A stretch of DNA of 63,598 nt, the filler included, from Vannella sp. (taxonomy: Eukaryota): assembly GCA_023345925.1 (NCBI GenBank). It is 5 parts of 5 records of this genome, joined end to end, with 100 filler letters (N's around TTAATTAATTAA, not from the genome) between each part and the next. Parts side by side here need not be neighbours in the genome. Positions count along the whole stretch, not along the records: positions 39,439 to 60,729 come from JAJQQN010000894.1; positions 60,830 to 63,598 come from JAJQQN010000847.1; 3 more parts are not named here. The stretch is one strand, 5' to 3'. This document shows, in pieces, positions 58,761-63,598 of the stretch. The notes below the pieces were generated by a model, which had not been told where the DNA came from, ran no database searches, and saw only the letters and a program-made list of their open reading frames with translations. Within the stretch, counting starts at the first letter, position 1. Every line of letters starts with the position of its first letter. A program made the position numbers and the translations under genes.

Positions 58761-58777
58761 GGCGGGAAAATCATTTC
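58761..58777 (+). promoter_or_regulatory. E2F-like site plus Inr-like TCATTTC
   Basis: GGCGGGAAAATCATTTC between the WDR37 stop (58756) and ATG 58795. Confidence 0.6.
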
Positions 58778-58794
58778 TTCTGGTTCTCTGGCGC

Positions 58795-59815
58795 ATGGCT
58801 GCTGCGACCTCTCTCACCACAATGAACACCAGTACGATGAGAATGCTCGAGGAACAGGGTTACACGTTGGAGTTGAGCGCGGTAACTGGTGCTCTCCCAG
58901 AAGAGACTGCGCGGGGCCTGTTGCAGACCCTTCAGGACCTGTGCCAGGACAAGCAAGAGTTCTCTGTCTCGATGAACAGAACCCGAGAACTGACAAGCAA
59001 GCTAGGAGCGGAGTTAGAAATGCAGAGAAAGCAGAATGCAAGTCTCGTCCTTCCTTTCTACCTTTGAACTCACTCCTCTTCCCCCAAGGCCTTCCTAGAG
59101 CGGCAAGTAAAAGAACTCCAAAAGCAAGTGGAAACAAGCCGCGATCAAAAGGTCCGATCGACAGCGGAACTTTCCCAAACTCAGAAAGCCACGAAGATCT
59201 CCTCCGACTCTCTCCAGAAACAGCTCACTGCACTGCAGCGGCGAGACACTCAATACAAAGTAAGTCTCATGCCTCTACCCAGACAATCTCACTCATTAGT
59301 GAAGCACGAGTCATCGAAGATCGAAAAGCAAAATGCCAAAAGCTTGGAAAAGCTGAGAATGCTCATGCAGCAAAAGGGTCTTCTCCAGCTTCATCATGGT
59401 CCCGAAATTCTTCAACAAGAGAGCCCCCTTGCTACCGTCATGCCATCGCTGGAGGTAGGTCCCAACTCCAAGTTGTTTGGGGACTATCATGAGGGTAAGA
59501 TACTTACTTTCTTTGAGTTCTACGAAGTGAATCAGCTTTACGAGAATCAGAAGGCAGAAATCGAGAATGAATGTCTCGGTTGGAAACGAATCTTGCAAAC
59601 AGTGGACAAACATCTCTCCCAAGTTCGTTCAACCAATTCTCCCTTCTTCCTCCCTTCTGAGCGATCATCTCATACAGTCTCAGATAAGCGGCGAGGTAGT
59701 TCTTGAAAGCGGTATCTGGGCGCTTCCGCATAGTATCAGCGAAAGTACAATTCTGTCCAGCACTCTGCAGAAGATTCAGAGTTGTTCGGAAGGCAAATCA
59801 CCATCTCCTTGTTAA
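58795..59815 (+). CDS. SSX2IP/ADIP/Msd1-like centrosomal coiled-coil protein
   Basis: MLEEQGY N-terminus and LQKQLTALQRRDTQYK / HESSKIEKQNAKSLEKLRMLM resemble the ADIP-domain pattern (..RxTQYxHDxxKxE..xLxExL); introns near 59040, 59260 and 59620. Confidence 0.6.
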
Positions 59816-59846
59816 ATGCATACATTCAGCAAGAAGGCTTTGCTTC

Positions 59847-60729
59847 CTATTCTTTCTTGCGGAAGGAGAGAATTGGTACTTCACGGGACAAAGGAGCCTT
59901 CTTTGGTTTGGTTCCACTGATGGGCCTCACAGGGCTGATGGAGCTAATAGGGTTGATGGGCGTGATAGGCTCATTTTGAGTAGCTTTTGTGGAGACGTTA
60001 GAGAGGGTTTGATCACTGATTAAATGAATGGAACGTTCCGCCGCCCCAGAAAGCTTGGAAATCAAAACCGGATCCTCTGTCCCGAGGAGACTGGAGGCGA
60101 AGATGGAGCCATTGACAGAGATTTCTTTGACAATTTCGCGAGCCTTTGAAATGTCAGGTTCTGGGAGTCCCAATCCCATCGCATAACGAAAGGCGAGAAT
60201 GAATTGGGCGTCTTTGTTGCCTTGTGCAGCAGCCTCCTGGAACCACTTGGTGGCCTCCTTTTCATCATTTTTACAACCAATTCCCTTCATGAAGTGATAA
60301 GCGACACGAAGCTGGGCCTCCACCATGCCCAGTTTAGCTGCTCTGGTGAACCACTTGGTTGCCTCTTGCTCAGCAGTGACTCGCCTATTGGGAGCTTCAA
60401 TTTTGTTTGCCAAATAGAGCATTGCCACATTATACTGTGCCACTGGAGTATCTACTCGAGCGGCATGCATCAGAGACCGATGTGCTTCCTCCACTTTTCC
60501 CTCTTTTTCGTACAGCAGGGACATGTGGTAATGTGCTTGTCCAACATGGCCATTAGCTGCAGTCTCAAGAAGCTCTCTAGCTCGCTTAGGATCCTTGGCA
60601 ACCTTGTCCCCGGTAAGATGGGCAACAGCCAAATTGTGAGCGGCGCGAGGATCTCCACCTGCGCAAGCGGACCGATAGTGGCGCAAAGCCTACGTCCTAT
60701 GAGAAGAGATAAACCTATTGCCCGTCGAA
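59847..60729 (-). CDS. Sel1-like repeat protein, 5'-truncated
   Basis: AAHNLAVAHLTGDKVAKD, AQYNVAMLY, KWFTRAAKLG, KWFQEAAAQGNKDAQFILA. Confidence 0.88.
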
Positions 60730-60829
60730 NNNNNNNNNNNNNNNNNNNNNNNNNNNNNNNNNNNNNNNNNNNNTTAATTAATTAANNNNNNNNNNNNNNN
60801 NNNNNNNNNNNNNNNNNNNNNNNNNNNNN
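60730..60829. other. Artificial contig spacer
   Basis: 44 N + TTAATTAATTAA + 44 N. Confidence 0.99.
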
Positions 60830-61408
60830 GAAGCGGACAGGAAGGGTTTGCGAAGAGTTGCAGAACTTGGCAAACACGTGCTTCTTGGGGTGGAAATGGA
60901 CCCTGCATTGGAATGCTTCACAGCCAGAGCAAAGGTTGAACTGGACGGGACAGTGGAGGCATTGGAAGCGGGTTCCTTCTATTTCCTCGTGGCAGTTTCC
61001 GCATGTCTTTGAGCGATGCCTTGGAGATGGGATTGGATGGGAGTCCCTGGCAAGTCTATCCAGAGAGGAATGCTCTGGGGAGAACCTGGGTCGGCTCAAG
61101 AAGAACTGGACAGCTCCTGTGGGACAGCGGAGAAGGAAAGCCAGATGTTCGTCGGAGGTGATCTCCTCACCCTGGTCCGTCAGGAGAAGAGTCCCCTTGC
61201 TTGATTGGCCGAAATAACGTCGGATAAGGGAAGTCAGCTCATGGAGAGATGCAGAGCGGTCAAGAGCAAAGTAGCCAAGTTTCTTTTGGTTCCGGAACAG
61301 AGTGCAGGATACATACGACAGGTGGCTCATGAGAGCTGGGTAGAATGATCTCTCACCCAGCGCGCCGCCCTTAAATACACCAAAGGGGAGCTGTTTCCCT
61401 TTTCTCAT
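60830..61408 (-). CDS. ZZ-type zinc finger protein with preceding PB1/ubiquitin-like domain; 3'-truncated, upstream exons possible
   Basis: CGNCHEEIEGTRFQCLHCPVQFNLCSGCE...HPKKHVFAKF; upstream SLHELTSLIRRYF...TDQGEEITSDEHL. Confidence 0.7.
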
Positions 61409-61934
61409 CGATTCCCCTTCGGACAAGGGAAGTGACTTTCTTTTCTATCTCCTCTCGTGGTTCCGATAGGAATTGATTCCCACATCCTCAAACCTTGCTG
61501 TTGTTATCAGTAACGCTATCAATGAACTTCAAAGGCATCAAAGTGATGTAGCAAAACTGCTTCTTTGGCGGCTCGTTCGGATCTGTGCTGAAATCAGCAC
61601 AAAAGACCAGAATCTCATGGAAGAGGAACCTATAAGGGTTTTCTTCCTCCATGAGAGAAGTCATGAGTGGCGGGGGCATTTCCCCTTGTTTGGGTCCCAC
61701 AAACATCAAGAAGTGAAAAAATAAAATCACTCCAAAAACTTATCCTGAAGAGATGGAGGTCATCAGGACAAGCTATGCAAACACGAGCTCTGCCTTCCTG
61801 TTCCCCTTCACTCGTGGATTTTCTCCATGTCCTCCCTTTTGAGCACCCCCTCGAAGAGATTCTTTCGTTGAGGGTGGACAAGGCTTAGCGATAACCATCC
61901 CTGATCTGATGGAAATAACTTATTTTATGTTGGA

Positions 61935-63407
61935 ATGAGGGTTTGGGTGGTGCTGGCGATGTTGGTGGGGCTTGGCGTGAAGGGATGTGTTGATGATGAC
62001 AGCCTCTCGAACTTGGGAAGGAGTCTGCTGATTGCTGAATGGGAAAGGGAGCATTTCAGTAAACCGCTGGTCCCTTTGTCCATCGAACTGCAAGCTCATT
62101 TGAATAAGACGCTGTCTTTCCTTCAGAGGGGGAAGCGGGAGAGAGCTGAGAAGATGTTCTCCCGCATAATTGAGGACTCAAAGAGTCATGTGGAAGTTCT
62201 CCAAGCCTACGGTCAGTTCTTGGAGTCTTACCTCGCCGAACCCGCCGCTGCACTGCACCAATACATCCACTCTCTCCACCAGCAGCCTCACCTCTCAGTG
62301 GCCATGACTGGATATGCTCGCATGCTCCCCAAAACCAAAGAGAGAGAGCTCCAGATGCTTTTCCAATACGACCAATTGCGAAACCAGCTTGTTCAATTGG
62401 ATTTCTCTACCCCTGGAGCCATTGAAGTGCTCGAGAACGTTCATTCACGGACTAACGCGTTTTACATCTACCATACCAATGCTATTGAAGGCAACTCGAT
62501 CGCATACGCTCATGTTAAGCACGTGCTCGAGACTGGTAATCCTCCAGAAGGAGAAGAATGCTCTCTTCATGAAGTGAACGAGATACGAGGGTCCTTGGAA
62601 GCCCTTCAATTCACATGGAATGCAGCAATTCAATCTTTTGATCACTCTCAAGGAATTGAAGGTGACTCGAGATTGGCTTTTTGTTTGACAAATCCCATTG
62701 CCCGGAGCCAACTGAGTCTTCTGCCTGACTCAAGAAATCTCTCTATTCAAGTACCATTGAAGGCCCAATCTTTTGCCATTGAGGCCTCAGAGAGTCCTTT
62801 AGAAGGAGTCGAATACCCTCTTCAGGAAGAGGACTTTCTCCTCATTCTCCTTCATATTCACAGCAAAGTGCTCGGCCGCACACAACCAAACATTGCAGGG
62901 TAAGTTATCTCTATTCAGACACTCAAATTCTCAATAATGCCGCGGAGACAGTGTCTTTCGTAAAACTCCAGTTTGGGTGGCTGGATACGATCCTCCACAT
63001 CATCAAGAGGTCCCTCTTCTGATGAAAAAGTTGGCCTCATGGCTGCAAAGGGTAAGCTCTAGAATTTTACGGTGTTCGACTAACGCAAGCAGACCTCTTC
63101 TCCTTCCCATTCTCCCCTACACCCTTTGGAGCGGGCAGCTTTGGCGCACTTTCAATTAACTTGGATCCATCCTTTTGCTGATGGCAATGGGAGAACTGCT
63201 CGAATGCTGATGAATTGGATTCTAATGGAAGCAGGCTTTCCTATTATCACAATCGAACTTGAAGACAGGGAAGCTTACTTTGAGGCATTGCGAGTCGCTC
63301 AGAGGACCCAAAATACTCGTCCTTTCGTCTACTTTCTCTATCATGTCGCAATCCGTTCGATTACTAGGTATATTGAAGATCTCGCACACCTTCTACCAGC
63401 AAAGTGA
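61935..63407 (+). CDS. FICD: FICD/HYPE-like protein adenylyltransferase
   Basis: N-terminal hydrophobic segment, TPR pair (GKRERAEKMF...VLQAYGQFLE), inhibitory HTNAIEGN, catalytic HPFADGNGRTAR; introns near 62900 and 63052. Confidence 0.88.
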
Positions 63408-63598
63408 TCCAATTGTTCATTAATGCACGAGTAAATCATGTGCACGGAGATTGTTCCTCGACAAAGCCCTCTGGGACAAGTGGAACTTTGTGGAAGGGGC
63501 TCGTTTATAACAATTCCTCTCTCTTAAGGGTTGGAATGGTCCTCAAGTGTTGCAGGCGATCTTTTCCCTCTATCCCAGGATGAGCTGTTCAATAATTG

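Noticed and set aside
56879..59815. Msd1-Wdr8 partner gene pair
   Set aside because: The WD40 gene has WDR37 signatures (IEREF coiled coil, GHRDGVWEV), not WDR8/WRAP73.
39439..60729. FAS as part of a secondary-metabolite gene cluster
   Set aside because: Neighbours are RasGEF, WDR37, coiled-coil and Sel1 genes, with no PKS, NRPS or tailoring enzymes. Tafazzin is on a different contig.
62440..63200. Bacterial Fic toxin-antitoxin module
   Set aside because: The gene has spliceosomal introns, TPRs and an intramolecular inhibitory motif, i.e. eukaryotic FICD type.

Overview
Gene-dense eukaryotic (protist) DNA, not prokaryotic. The window is five unrelated contigs (1-12399, 12500-20153, 20254-39338, 39439-60729, 60830-63598) joined by artificial 100-bp spacers (44 N + TTAATTAATTAA + 44 N), so adjacency across spacers is meaningless. 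Genes carry short (about 40-90 nt) GT-AG introns with CTAAC/CTGAC-like branch points, and intergenic gaps are often under 60 bp. The gene set (PH-CRIB PAK, RasGEF, NELF-C/D, TACC, GPS-motif mucin) suggests an amoebozoan-like protist; this is inference. About 28 genes are recognisable. Most notable: (1) a 12.7-kb intronless single-chain fungal-type fatty acid synthase (AT-ER-DH-MPT-ACP-ACP-KR-KS-PPT) with tandem ACPs and its own PPTase; (2) next to it, an AT-rich decayed reading frame resembling the N-terminal region of Polinton/Maverick-type DNA polymerase proteins; (3) an E2F-like element GGCGGGAAA just upstream of five genes, mostly cell-cycle or centrosome genes; (4) unusual architectures: ankyrin + helical bundles + LD-like repeats, HEAT + H15-like, single-TM GPS mucin, folate-receptor-fold membrane protein and a FICD/HYPE orthologue. 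All family calls are from motif recognition by eye; no searches were run.
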